DNA of 64,000 nt from Macrostomum lignano (Eukaryota). A program made the translations under genes and the position numbers. Below are positions 26,654-38,465 of this stretch, one piece after another. The notes beneath the pieces are model-generated. The model was not told the origin of the DNA and searched no databases. It was given only the letters and a program-made list of their open reading frames with translations. The stretch lies in NCBI GenBank assembly GCA_002269645.1, contig NIVC01002768.1, positions 62,001 to 126,000 of the forward strand, given 5' to 3'. Position 1 is the stretch's first letter. Each line of letters starts with the position of its first letter.

Positions 26654-28876
26654 ATGGAATGTCAGTCTGGCGACCAATTCTCAATGGTTCAGAGACTTTT
26701 GCTGGATAAGCCAGCCATGATTCAGAGTCTGCTGCTGCGTTATCAACAAGTGATGGGAAATTTTTTTACTAGAGATTTGCGGAGCATCTTAAATGAGTGT
26801 ATAGTTTCTGAGCGATTAGATTTGCTATACCAGGTGGATGTTGACGACGAAAGTAATCGACTTCTACTGCTGCAGCCAAGGATTGGCTTGAACGCGTTTG
26901 TTAAAGACTTTCATAACCGCGTTCTTAAATACTTTGACCAGGCAATGCCTTTGTGCTGTTCTAGCATTGGGGATATTGGAGATCGCCTTAATCTAGCAAT
27001 GGAGGATAGAAAGTTGTGCTTTGAGCTTGAGTTCAAGCGATTTCTTTCCGACCAAGGCTATTCCTTTCTACTTGCCGTCAGAGAACTTCTAGACTACGAG
27101 GCTTCGCTTCTAAAATATGCTGCCTCTTCAGGCACAACTTCCACTTCAAGACAAATCACACTGTTAAAGAGGAAATTATCGTGTGACTCTGTATCCGAGA
27201 AGAGCATTGTTCTGACTAAATTCGCTAAGCAAGTTGGGCACGCTCCGAATCGAATGAAAGATATTGAAGCTGCCTTGAAAACTTTTAAAGACAGCGAATT
27301 CTTGCGTCCTGAATCGATTAGTCCTGCACTGGAGGCAATGACGGAATTAGCTTCCTGCTTCTCTAGTTCGTTTAAGAGAGATCTCATCAATGATGAAATA
27401 AAGAATTCTGAATTAAATTCCTTAGCAGTGACAATCAATGGGTTCGAAAAGCTCCAAAGAGCCAGTCATGTTCTACAAAACGAAAATGCTTTTAAAGAAA
27501 AGGCAAGACAGCTTTTTTATAGATCCTTTTTCGTGTCGACCCAATCGTGCCAAGTAATTCGCGAAAAGAAGCACGTTAAGTTCGAAGTGCAGCTCCTTCT
27601 TGGTGATTTCTTTAGTCAATACTTTCAATTCGAGAACCTAGGCATCGACGCGGTGCTTTTAAATGAAGAAGCAGTAAAAAACTTGGAGAATAGGCCTGTT
27701 AGTGACAACTGGGATCAGCTAAGCGACGCCAATAAAATAATCTTCCATGAGAAGAATAGTCTGCAGTTGACACGCGGCAACAAATTCTCGATCAAACTAT
27801 CATTGCAAGTTGCTAAGCTACCTACGCGAAAAAATCCCGTTTGGGCTCAAAAATTTGTTTTCTGCTTTCGAGCTCAAAGCAGCGATTCGTTTTCCACGTT
27901 TTGCCAGTCTCGCCCTGTGACATTCATCACGAACGACAACCAGAGAATGGAATCTTCGGCGTGCATTGCTTACGAGAACATGTTTCCTCTGCCCGTTCGT
28001 CTCGGCTTTGATGTGTATGACTCAATAACTGCCGAGCAATGCGTTGAATTGATTGACTGTTACTTTTTCGACGAGATAAAGTCGAATGGATTTGAGGGGC
28101 ACAATCGGTCATACTTTCTAAAGAAGTGTAGCGAGCTGATGCAGAAGACAGGCAAGGCTAATAGAATTACGTTCGAAGATCTTATCAAGGTGCAATTCAT
28201 TGGAGAGGTCAAGCCCAAGTCGCTATGGGATTTTGTGTACACGTGCGTCAAGTTCATTAAGGATCATGGCCATAGCATGTGGATGAAAGGTCTAATTTTT
28301 GGATTTATCACCAAGTCGGAAGCTATCAATACTATCAAGCGTTACATTAAAAGCGAGTCAAATAAAACAGATTTCGCTCTGTTAAGGTTCTCTGAGACAA
28401 CAGCAACCGTAACAGTTTGCTATTCAGCTTCAACTACAGACGGGTGCACCCCAGGCAATTCTACTTGCAGAATCGAGAATCGGTGCCCCAAGAATGAAAG
28501 CTATTTTAGCTCAACGGCGCTCGCCAAATTCTGTGACGATCCGCTGTCTACACAGACTTTAATTGTTACTCGCTCAGGCTCCCTTGAGAACTCTAGTATG
28601 TTGCGCGACATGATTCCGATCGAAGACAATGTTCCAGGTTATGTACCTCTGCGTAGACGGGGCACTTCCGGATCGCCTGAAAATCTGAGCGAACTGGCTA
28701 GCTCTATTGCTAGTGTGTCCGTCTGCAGTCCAATTGGCTCTGATCTCTCACTCATGTCTCCGTCTGTGACGAGCGAGTGCTCGCAGCAGCAGCAGCAGCA
28801 TTCTAACCCAATTACCGACTCTAACAATCCGATTCCGCATGATGTAATGGAGTTAGTTTTTGATTATCAAAAGTAG
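26654..28876 (+). CDS. STAT: Divergent STAT-family transcription factor, intronless CDS, 740 aa
   Basis: Motifs colinear with STATs: DBD start LFYRSFFVSTQSCQVIREK, WAQKF, SRPVTFITNDNQ (cf. STAT1 SLPVVVISNVSQ), linker/SH2 entry WMKGLIFGFITK, SH2 FALLRFSET, tail tyrosine NVPGYVP, LMSP. Recognised by eye, not by HMM. Confidence 0.88.
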   Translation: MECQSGDQFSMVQRLLLDKPAMIQSLLLRYQQVMGNFFTRDLRSILNECIVSERLDLLYQVDVDDESNRLLLLQPRIGLNAFVKDFHNRVLKYFDQAMPLCCSSIGDIGDRLNLAMEDRKLCFELEFKRFLSDQGYSFLLAVRELLDYEASLLKYAASSGTTSTSRQITLLKRKLSCDSVSEKSIVLTKFAKQVGHAPNRMKDIEAALKTFKDSEFLRPESISPALEAMTELASCFSSSFKRDLINDEIKNSELNSLAVTINGFEKLQRASHVLQNENAFKEKARQLFYRSFFVSTQSCQVIREKKHVKFEVQLLLGDFFSQYFQFENLGIDAVLLNEEAVKNLENRPVSDNWDQLSDANKIIFHEKNSLQLTRGNKFSIKLSLQVAKLPTRKNPVWAQKFVFCFRAQSSDSFSTFCQSRPVTFITNDNQRMESSACIAYENMFPLPVRLGFDVYDSITAEQCVELIDCYFFDEIKSNGFEGHNRSYFLKKCSELMQKTGKANRITFEDLIKVQFIGEVKPKSLWDFVYTCVKFIKDHGHSMWMKGLIFGFITKSEAINTIKRYIKSESNKTDFALLRFSETTATVTVCYSASTTDGCTPGNSTCRIENRCPKNESYFSSTALAKFCDDPLSTQTLIVTRSGSLENSSMLRDMIPIEDNVPGYVPLRRRGTSGSPENLSELASSIASVSVCSPIGSDLSLMSPSVTSECSQQQQQHSNPITDSNNPIPHDVMELVFDYQK

Positions 28877-30026
28877 AAGTAGTTTCTTCGAGGTTTAGCC
28901 CGTTATTTTTTCCGTTGCCTTTTTTGCCGAAGCTGGACCGTGCTTTTGAAGATTTGAAGGCTTGATTGCCGAAATCGCTTCCGGGGCCCTTATTTGTGTT
29001 GCTATGTTGCTACACTGAAATAATACGACTAGTAACAAACTTAATGCGCCAGTTTGTGTTAATAGCACAGATAATACACAACTAGAATGGTCATTCTTCA
29101 CTATTCACTGTGTCCATGCGTGTGACTACTTCTACTTTTAGAACGGTAGTAGAATCTGCATCTGAAAAGATAAATTTGGCAGTAAAAATCGTGTCCGCAA
29201 ATGCATTGAATTGGAGTTTATGCATGTCGGTCTGCTAAAATAGATTGCCCTAGCCGAAAGTTTCAATAAACGCAGGCCACTTCTTTTAAGGTAATTGTTA
29301 TTTAGGATTTAAATCATAGCTTAGCCGTTTTAAAATTTATTAACGTTAAGTAGTGTGATAGCTTTTAATGCCTCTGCACTAATATTGATTTCTTTATGTT
29401 ACTTTATAACGGTTGACAAAAGCAAAATGCTTGGTTAGCTACTTGAAGTAAAAGTAGTGCACGAGTCAATTAGTCAAATGACCAATCTAGTTATATATTA
29501 TCTGTGTTTTTTAGTCGTGTTATAATGCATTGGTTATTGTTTAATATGTTATTTGCTTGTACGTTTCCCGACTAAAATCAGTTTGTCTTTTGTGATCATT
29601 CATTATTGTAAATCTTGCTATTATGATTCTTAGTCTAAAACAATTTTGTGCCTGTGAAAATTTGCTCAAAGCGATTTGTTTGCTACGTTTAATGCCAAAT
29701 ACGATGCTTGTATAACTCAGTTACTAAGCAATAAAACCATTACAATATCTTAAATGTGTATTTGTTTTCTTTGATTATTTTGTGTTGCGTTCTCATCTAA
29801 CTAGTACTTACAGTAGTAATAGTACAGTATTGTTGAAGACTTCCGTTTTCTTACAGTTTTTGTATTGTGTAGAGCTTCCATTTGGTGCAGGCTATCTGGA
29901 TAACTTCCGAATTCGAAGCAGTGTTTAGACATTTTTCTTAGAAACAAGATCTTTAGGTAAAAACGCTGGAAATATGGTGTTTAAACGCACCGTTAATTCA
30001 TTAATTGCAGCTGACAAACCGGCGCA

Positions 30027-30368
30027 ATGTCTGCCGAGAACCTGAGCGAAATGGCCTGCACCTATGCGGCCCTCATTCTGGCTGACGACGATGTTGAAGT
30101 GACCGGCGACAAGATCTCCGCCATTCTGAAGGCCGCCGGCGTCACTGTCGAGCCGTTTTGGCCCAACATGTTCGCCCGGGCGCTCAGCGGCGTGAAGGTC
30201 AAGGACCTGCTGTCCAACGTTGGCTCCTCTGTTGGCTCCGCCCCCGCCGCTGGAGCCGCCGCTCCGGCCGCCGCTGCAGCCGCCGTAGAGCCGGCAGCGA
30301 GCAAAGCCAAGGAGCCGGAGCCGGAGTCCGAGTCCGACGATGACATGGGCTTCGATCTGTTCGGCTAA
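30027..30368 (+). CDS. RPLP1: 60S acidic ribosomal protein P1, 113 aa
   Basis: N-terminal [14 protein letters not shown]...VEPFWP, Ala-rich hinge, acidic tail [10 protein letters not shown]. Probable 5' UTR intron 29957-30010; AATAAA near 30465. Confidence 0.97.
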   Translation: MSAENLSEMACTYAALILADDDVEVTGDKISAILKAAGVTVEPFWPNMFARALSGVKVKDLLSNVGSSVGSAPAAGAAAPAAAAAAVEPAASKAKEPEPESESDDDMGFDLFG

Positions 30369-31447
30369 TAACTGTTAACTGATTCAAGTTTCTATCGATT
30401 CCCGTCTAACTGTCAAAAAATATGATAGCAAAAACGTGTCTTGAAATGTTGATCTGACGGTTTAATAAACCAAGTTTAGCCGCGCGCAAGGTTTGGTCTT
30501 TGTGGCGAACAAATTGTTGGCTGGAATGAAAATGCTACCATTGTTTTCTTTTGAGTATTTGTCAAATTTATTTATTTTCTGTGATCGATACTGAAGTATC
30601 GGTTGATGACGTCATAGATGATGCACTGACCATTGTCTAGTTCTCTGTCATGGGTATCAACAATGATCTTGGATATTTTCGTCTCTTTTGCAAGCTCACT
30701 TTCACCATTAGCCGTACGTTCTCAATCAGCTGTTTTACCATTTTCAAGCCCTCAATAAATAGCGTAGTGTAGCCTCAGGGTACATGTATGAAAGTTAATA
30801 GGGAGCTGCAAAGAAATGGCTTGAGAAAAAACTTTTAGAGTACGGCAATTTCTTCATATAAACCAAAGTCTGATGGTTAAACGATAACCCAAACCTACCT
30901 ACGCTAGCCATAAACTTTATGCTTTTTATTATTGTATTTCGATCTTTCATTTCTCAGTGCACACTGCCGGGTGAGTATGTTGTTTCCTGCAACGTGGCAA
31001 ATAAAATCAATTTTACACGCAGTGATCGAACATTTCACCTCCGTCCGTCAGTCAATTCTATTAAACTACATTGTATACAAAGCAAAAAAAAGCAGCATTC
31101 TCGCAGTTTTTACAAACTTCCTATTCGAAATCCCCCGATTGACAACCGGAAAATTTTCAATCGTGCCAAGTAAGACAGAAGACATTCTTCATTTCTATTC
31201 TGTATCGTTTATACTGTTTTTATTACTAGAAGTAGTATATCGAGGATATTTGGGCTCCGTTCTTTATATGAAACAAATTGAATTAATGTAGACAGGGTCG
31301 GATTTTCCGAGTAAAACCGCTGCTGCTATGAATGTACAATTGTACATTGCTCAAGGACTTCTAGAAAAGTCTTATGGACTAGTGGCTACAAACTAAAGAA
31401 ACGCACCCCATTGCAGTTTCCTGATCGCAGTCACTGAACACAAGATA

Positions 31448-31640
31448 TTAGCGCCGAATTAGCGCCACAGTCCACGTTTGAGTGCCACAGCCTAGGTTTT
31501 AGCGCCACAGCCTAGATTTTAGCCCCACAGTTTTGCTTTTAGCGTCACCGTTTAAATTTGTGTCACAGCCTGGATTTTTGCGCCACAGTCTAGATTTTAG
31601 CGCCACAGTCTAGATTTTAGCGCCACAGTCTAGATTTTAG
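31448..31640. repeat. 20-bp VNTR TTAGCGCCACAGTCTAGATT, short allele upstream of TRAF-like copy 1
   Basis: Same unit is expanded at 37808-38465. Confidence 0.9.
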
Positions 31641-32065
31641 GTTTTTAATCGTGCTTATAATAGTTTCTTATTCATTCCTGGGGGGGCGTCTTCGATCCCT
31701 TTGACCTTCTTATACACAAGTCAACAACAGTTGAGCATTATTTGAGATGGGTCAGTGCCCCATTCAGCTGCCCCCTTTCTCCCCTGTTCCGCGACCCCTG
31801 GAAACAAAATATTGCATCCATGCAGTTTTAGTTAATTTGCAATAACAGTGCGGTAGACTTTCGTAATCCCTGTCCTGTTTAGCCCTTGGTCTTAGTTTCC
31901 ATTCCAGTTGCTTGTTAGGGAATCCATGGTCGCCGTCTAGAACCAAACCTCGTGATGTTTCTAAAATTAGGTGCAGTTTATTATTTTTCACTACTTAAAT
32001 AATACGTGAGTCATGTGAACGGACTTCTCTCTCCTCCCTGTCAACCTGTTTGCGAAGAAAGATGT

Positions 32066-32122
32066 AGAACATTCTAGAATTTTCCATAGCCAATCCCAGT
32101 CGAACAGCAGTACCGTATAAAA
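32066..32122 (+). promoter_or_regulatory. Heat-shock element (4 perfect nGAAn units) + CCAAT + TATA, TRAF-like copy 1
   Basis: aGAAcaTTCtaGAAttTTCc at 32066-32085, CCAAT at 32090-32094, TATAAAA at 32116-32122, ATG at 32213. Confidence 0.8.
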
Positions 32123-32212
32123 TACTGATGTCCATGACGCCGGAGCCCAGCAGTTTTGCTTCATTAAATTCTCGGCATACCGCAGCCGTCGAAACCCACA
32201 GCAATTGGCGTC

Positions 32213-33014
32213 ATGCCAAACCCCATTCCAAATCGACTGCGGCCTCCGCCAAGAACAGTTGGCCTCAACGAGGCTGACCGCTCGCGCCTTCCCAGCTGTT
32301 CGGACTGCCATCTGCCAGCCTTTGGGGCCTTTAAGACGCCGCATGGCTGTCGCTTGTGCGGATTCTGCTGGGGTCGATTGGCCTGTTTGGAGAGGCTGCC
32401 CTGTCCAGGTAAATCTTAATTGGATAAATTATTTATAATCATATTTTAAGTAAACGAGTTGATTTTGGAGATATAAAAAGACGTCAATTTACAAAGAAAG
32501 TTACAATCACATAAATAGCTGGATAGATAGAGACAAAATATTTTAGTATAGTGGACTGGCCATCTAGTGCCCCCTTCGGGATAATTCAATTGTGTCAAGT
32601 GTAATGCTCTCGTTAGAGAAATGCCGGGCCAGATGTACATGTAAATAAAAATACAGACAATAAACGTTTATGGTCATTTTTCAACTTCCAGGGGCCAGGA
32701 AGCATCACGCCTGTCGAGGCGCTGTCAAATTCCACCAGGACGAGTGCAGCCCCGACCAGGAAGCGAGGCTGCAGCTGAGCGGCGTGTTTATTGAGTGCTG
32801 GAACTCATCGTCCGGCTGCCTCTACATCATGCCCTACATGAAACTGAGCACTCACGAGGCTCAAGAGTGCCAATTCAAGCTGGTGTCCTGCACCGGCTGT
32901 CATCGCAACCTGCTGCGCCGAGATCTTGGCGATCATCAGCGCAGTGACGAGTGCCGGCAAATTTTGATAGCCAATTTAGGCAACTATGGCGTGCCTAATG
33001 ATGGCGACAAGTGA
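32213..33014 (+). CDS. TRAF-like RING + TRAF zinc-finger protein without MATH domain, copy 1 (exons 32213-32408, 32692-33014; 172 aa)
   Basis: RING CSDC-x11-HGC-RLCGFC...CPG. Phase-1 intron CCAG/gtaaat...ttccag/GG keeps frame. SPDQEAR..L..V.IECWN..GC...H..ECQFKLVSC.GC...R.DL.DH...EC is TRAF-type zinc-finger spacing. Confidence 0.85.
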
Positions 33015-33501
33015 ACCGAGAGAACAGTTCCTCCTTTTCTGTCTGTCTCTCCGTGGTCTCCTTGGTGGAAAAAAAACAAAATGACGCAAAATGGCGACAT
33101 TTTTCGTTTAAAAAACCGACTTACGTATAACATGCGCTTTTTCGTTACTTAACAATTATTTAGTAGTATTTCACGATTATTTCTCCTGATAAAAAATCCT
33201 ATACAGTCACGTGTAGTGTAACTCTGTCGCATCAAATTCTTTTCTTCATTAACTCCTACTCTACATTTGTAGAACTTTATCATGCACCTATATTATTTGC
33301 GAGGAAATAAATACGAGCTAAAATTTCAAATACGATCTCTTGAAAACTCTCATTTCACTTAAGAGCATATAGCGTCCATTTACATTTTCATTAGACTTTA
33401 TTTTTAATTAAAAATCTTCGTTAAAACTGTCTCATTAAGTTGTAAGTAATGTGCTCATTGCTCTACTAATAGCTCAATAGCATAAGCGTGTTAGTATAGC
33501 C

Positions 33502-33670
33502 CAGGGGTCGGCAAACTCCGGCCCGCGATCCGCATACAGCCCGCGAAGCCTCTATCCGGTCCTCGGGTCCTTTGAAACTTCTCTCCTTTCCTCTCACCCC
33601 TCTTCTCTCCTCTTCTATCTCCTCTCCTCTCCCCTCTCCTCGCATCTCTCCTCTTCTCTCTCCTCTATTC
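33502..33670 (+). mobile_element. hAT-like (Charlie-type) terminal fragment with a CT-rich tract
   Basis: CAGGGGTCGGCAAACTCCGGCCCGCG terminus; a reverse-complement relative sits at 42545-42612. Confidence 0.55.
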
Positions 33671-34110
33671 TGTGTGAGTGTGAGGCTGTGCGTATGACTG
33701 CGTACAGTATCCGCGCGCTTGTGTGCCTGCTCAGGGGAGTCGGCGGAATTGGCAGTAATGCCTCTCGCCGGTTGTGTGACCGATATACCGATGGACAATA
33801 ACACGAAAATATGTTGACAATCACACGCATCTCAAAGTGCAGTTAATGGGCAACGAAACGCAGCTTGTCAATGTCGCTTGAAGTGCACCATGGTGTACTC
33901 AGCCCCCTGCCTCTAATAATAAAAACCTAAATCTGGGTTTAAATCACAGCCGTTGGTTTCATAACTTCATCACACCATGGCAGATGATGATGTTAAAACT
34001 CGTTAAGCTTATTAAAAATTTAAGAAAGATTCAGAGAAACAAACCATGCAAAAATGCAGTCAGCTTTGGCGCAGATCGAATTCGCGCCACACTTAGCTAA
34101 CAGATTTATA
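33670..34110 (+). mobile_element. 5'-truncated SINE family A copy
   Basis: Aligns by eye to 15435-15760 and 43650-43960. Confidence 0.75.
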
Positions 34111-34284
34111 GAAAGTTGCAGATCAAACTAGATTTTAGGCTTTTTATCACAGAATAGTTCTTTAATTAACTACCGGGGTCTTTGACCACTCCTCTCCTCT
34201 TGACCTCTCCACCTCTTCTAGATAGATACCCCAGCTGACAGCAGTTGAGTATTATTTGAGAGAGGTCAATGACCCTATCTCAAT

Positions 34285-34949
34285 TATGGGTCACGATTCC
34301 GGGATTTAGGGCTTTTTCCGGGATCCCGGGATTCACAGGGTCGGGATTCAATCCCGGAACGTTAATGCTATGTTTTTATAATGTCTGATATAATAGCAAG
34401 TATTTTATCATAAAATGGCAGTCAGTTCAAATATGGAACATACATGCATACATGTCCATTCTCCGTTGCCCACTTTGTAAGGTCTTTAATGTTGTTTGAG
34501 TTGAGTCTTGTTTAAATCATTTAACGTTGAGATTTGATTTTAAAGTTTAAACTCGTAGTCGTGAGTCCAGACTCCAGACTGACAAGTGACAACGTGAATG
34601 CCCAGGCGGTAGTAGGTTGTGACTTGTGTTGTGACTGTGAGTCCTTGTGACTCCTTGTGAGTGTGCCTCATGCCACGGGCCAATCCACGAGTCATGTGCA
34701 TTTGTTTTGCAATGTGCATCCTGCTAGTGCTACTACATAGTATGTAATACATGTAATACATTCATATTGCTTTGCATAGTAATGTTCTCACGTTAGTCAC
34801 GTGATAAAAAAAAGTAATTCACAGCGTTATTATAACAATGTTACGACAAGGATGGTACTGGAAAAATATCAATCCCGGGATCCCGGGATTCGACATTTCC
34901 TAATCCCGGGATCCCGGGATGGACAGAATCCGGGATTTTGTGACCCCTA
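34285..34949. mobile_element. hAT-type MITE, 665 bp
   Basis: TIRs TATGGGTCAC / GTGACCCCTA, subterminal CCCGGGATCCCGGG repeats, 8-bp TSD ATCTCAAT at 34277-34284 and 34950-34957. Empty site is present in the paralogous units at about 31760 and 38600. Confidence 0.88.
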
Positions 34950-35256
34950 ATCTCAATGCCAGGACTCAGCTGCCCCTTTTGCCCTCTTCACTACTTTTCC
35001 GTGGCCACTGGAAACAAATTATATCCATTTACAGTGTATAGTTAAATGCAATAGCAGTGCAGTAGACTTTCGTAATCCTCGTCCTAGTTTAGCTCTGTCT
35101 TGGTCTCCATTCCAGTTGCTGGTTTGGGAATCCATGGTCGTCGTCTGGGCCAAACCTCGTGATGTTTCTAAAATTAGTATTTTTTCAGTCCTAAAGTACT
35201 TCGTGAGTCGCGTAAACGGACCCCTCCCCACCCTGCAAGGCTGTTTACAAAGTTTT

Positions 35257-35313
35257 CGAACATTCTAGAATTTTCTATAGCCAATCCCAGTCGAACAGCA
35301 GTACCGTATAAAA
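35257..35313 (+). promoter_or_regulatory. Heat-shock element (4 perfect units) + CCAAT + TATA, TRAF-like copy 2
   Basis: cGAAcaTTCtaGAAttTTCt at 35257-35276, CCAAT at 35281, TATAAAA at 35307-35313. Confidence 0.8.
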
Positions 35314-35387
35314 TACTGATGTCTATAAATACGAGCGTGATTAGGCTATGCCGCCGAAGCCCACAGTTTGCTGTTTTAATTCTCAGC

Positions 35388-36224
35388 ATGCGAATACGAC
35401 CTCCACCAAGAACAGTTGGCCTCAACGAGGCTGACCGCTCGCGCCTTCCCAGCTGTTCGGACTGCCATCTGCCAGCCTTTGGAGCCTTTAAGACGCCGCA
35501 TGGCTGTCGCTTGTGCGGATTCTGCTGGGGTCGATTGGCCTGTTTGGAGAGGCTGCCCTGTCCAGGTAAATCTTAATTGGATAAATTATTGATAATCATA
35601 TTTTAAGTAAACGAGTTGCTTTTGGAGATATTAAATTTACAAAGAAAGTTACAATCACATAAATAGCTAGATAGATAGAGACAAAATATTTTAGTATAGT
35701 GGACTGGCCATCTAGTGCCCCCCTTCGGGGCGGCCAATAAGCAAGGAGCAAAATAAATTTATGCAAATCCATTAAAAGATTATTCAAGAGATTATTCAAT
35801 TATGTCAAATGTAATGCTCTCAGTAGAGAAAGGCCATATCAGATATAAATGTAAATAAAAATACAGACAATAAACGTTTATGGTCATTTTTCAACTTCCA
35901 GGTGCCAGGAAGCATCACGCCTGTCAAAACGCTGTCAAATTCCACCAGGACGAGTGCAGCCCCGACCAGGAAGCGAGGCTGCAGCTGAGCTGCGTGTTTG
36001 TCGAGTGCTGGAACTCATCTCGCGGCTGCCTCTACATCATGCCCTACATGAAACTGAGCACTCACGAGGCTCAAGAGTGCCAATTCAAGCTGGTGTCCTG
36101 CACCGGCTGTCATCGCAACCTGCTGCGCCGAGATCTTGGCGATCATCAGCACAGTGACGAGTGCCGGCAATTTTTGATAGCCAATTTAGGCAACTATGGC
36201 GTGCCTAATGATGGCGACAACTGA
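35388..36224 (+). CDS. TRAF-like RING + zinc-finger protein, copy 2 (exons 35388-35565, 35902-36224; about 166 aa)
   Basis: Same splice sites and phase as copy 1; start codon inferred. Confidence 0.82.
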
Positions 36225-37242
36225 TGCGAGAGAACAGCTTCTGTCTGTCCCTTCGAGGTCTCCTCTGTGGAAAAAAAACAAAATGACGCAAAATGGCGAC
36301 ATTTTTCGTTTAAAAAACCGACCTACGTATAACATGCGCTTTTTTTCACTACTGAATAGTTTAGTAGTATTTCACGATAAATATGTAACAAACAAAAACA
36401 AAAACCTGTGCTATTGCTTGTAGTGCAGGCTGTTTTGATAATTTTTTGCGAGTAAATAAATACAAGCTATAAAGTTTCATATACGATCACTGAAACTCAC
36501 ATGTCTCCTACGATTCTAGCGTTCATTCGGCTTTGTACCGGTACTGAACTTTCATTTTAAACGGTGGATCTTCGTTATCGTTAAGTTTGTCTCATTAAGT
36601 TGTAAGTAAATGTGTCCATTGATTTGGCAATAGCCAAGGACAACTGAATCAATTCGTAATATCAACGTAATATCAATCCCCAATGAAGAATCTCCCTACC
36701 CTGAAACCCCCCAGTCCCCATGCCCCGGTGTTTGGCTTTAAGCTTATATAGTTGGGTTGAAGCAACCTAAAAAAGCTCAAATTCGAAATAAGCACTATCT
36801 AAAACCCTAAGGAGACGAAATTATGATTCTATCAAAAATAAAACTATTTTATCTACCTAAAGTTCAAGAAGGCACCACCTGGATGCCGGTTCTGGCCGGG
36901 CCCCTGTTCCCCACTGGCACATCCGGGCATGCGTTGTCCTGGTGTAGAACCCACCTTACAGACACTTGCTTCGGCTGCAGATCATGGACATGGACCAGTA
37001 TCTAAAAAATGGTCTTGGATATTTTCGTCTTCCGCAAGCTCTCATCATGAGCCGTACGTTCTCAATCAGCTGTTTCAGCATTTTCAAGCCCTCATAAATA
37101 GCGTCGGGGTCATGAGAGGTTTCATGCCTCTCCGGGGTACATGTATGAAAGTTAATAGGGAGCTGCAAAGAAATGGCTTGAGAAAAAACTTTTAGAGTAA
37201 AGCAATTTCTTCATCAAAGCATCAATCCTATAGTAAAAAATC

Positions 37243-37556
37243 TGGCAGTCAAAGTCTCAGTCAAAAGTCTGGCAGCCAAAAGTCTGTCGGTCAAATGTCT
37301 GGTAGTCAAAAGTCTGGCAATCAAAAGTCTGGTAGTCAAAAGTCTGGCAGTCAAAAGTCTGGTAGTCAAAAGTCTGGCAATCAAAAGTCTGGCAGTCAAA
37401 AGTCCGGCAGTCAAAAGTCTGGCAATCAAAAGTCTGGCAATCAAAAGTCTGGTAGTCAAAAGTCTGGCAGTCAAAAGTCTGGTAGTCAAAAGTCTGGCAG
37501 TCAAAAGTCTGGTAGTCAAAAGTCTGGCAATCAAAAGTCTGGCAATCAAAAGTCTG
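37243..37556. repeat. 15-bp minisatellite CAAAAGTCTGGCAGT
   Basis: Direct reading; absent from the paralogous position in unit 1. Confidence 0.93.
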
Positions 37557-37807
37557 GTTATTATTATTAGTAGATTTTATTATTACTAGAAGTAGTATAT
37601 AGAGGATATTTGGGCTCTGTTCTTTATATGGAACAAATTGAATTAATGCAGACAGGTCGGATTTTCCTAGTAAAATAGCTGCTGCTATGAATGTACAATT
37701 GTGCATTGCTCAAGGACTTCTAGAAAAGTCTTATGGACTAGTATAGCTGCAAACTAAAGAAACGCACCCCATTGCAGTTTCCTGACCGCAGTCACTGAAC
37801 ACAAGAT

Positions 37808-38465
37808 ATTAGCGCTGAATTAGCGCCATCGGTTAAATTTTAGCGCCAAAGTCGAGATTTAGCGCTAGAGACTGCATTTTAACGCTACAGTCTACATTTT
37901 AGCGCCACAATCTAAATTTTAACGCCGCAGTCTGGATTTTAGCGCCACAGTCTAGATTTTAGCGCCACAGTCTAGATTTTAGCGCCACAGTCTAGATTTT
38001 AGCGCCACAGCCTGGATTTTAGCGCCGCAGTCTAGATTTTAGCGCCACAGCCTGGAATTTAGCGCCACAGCCTGGAATTTAGCGCCACAGCCTGGATTTT
38101 AGCGCCACAGCCTGGATTTTAGCGCCGCAGTCTAGATTTTAGCGCCACAGTCTAGAATTTAGCGCCACAGCCTGGAATTTAGCGCCACAGCCTGGATTTT
38201 AGCGCCACAGCCTGGATTTTAGCGCCACAGCCTGGATTTTAGCACCGCAGTCTAGATTTTAGCGCCACAGTCTAGAATTTAGCGCCGCAGTCTAGATTTT
38301 AGCGCCACAGTCTAGAATTTAGCGCCACAGCCTGGATTTTAGCGCCGCAGTCTAGATTTTAGCGCCACAGTCTAGATTTTAGCGCCACAGTCTAGATTTT
38401 AGCGCCACAGCCTGGATTTTAGCGCCGCAGTCTAGATTTTAACGCCACAGCCTAGAATTTAACGT
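37808..38465. repeat. 20-bp VNTR, expanded allele (about 33 copies) upstream of TRAF-like copy 3
   Basis: Direct reading. Confidence 0.94.

Noticed and set aside
29935-29943. Single TTCTTAGAA near the RPLP1 start and single GGGATATCCC at 39573
   Set aside because: Isolated 9-10 bp motifs are expected by chance.
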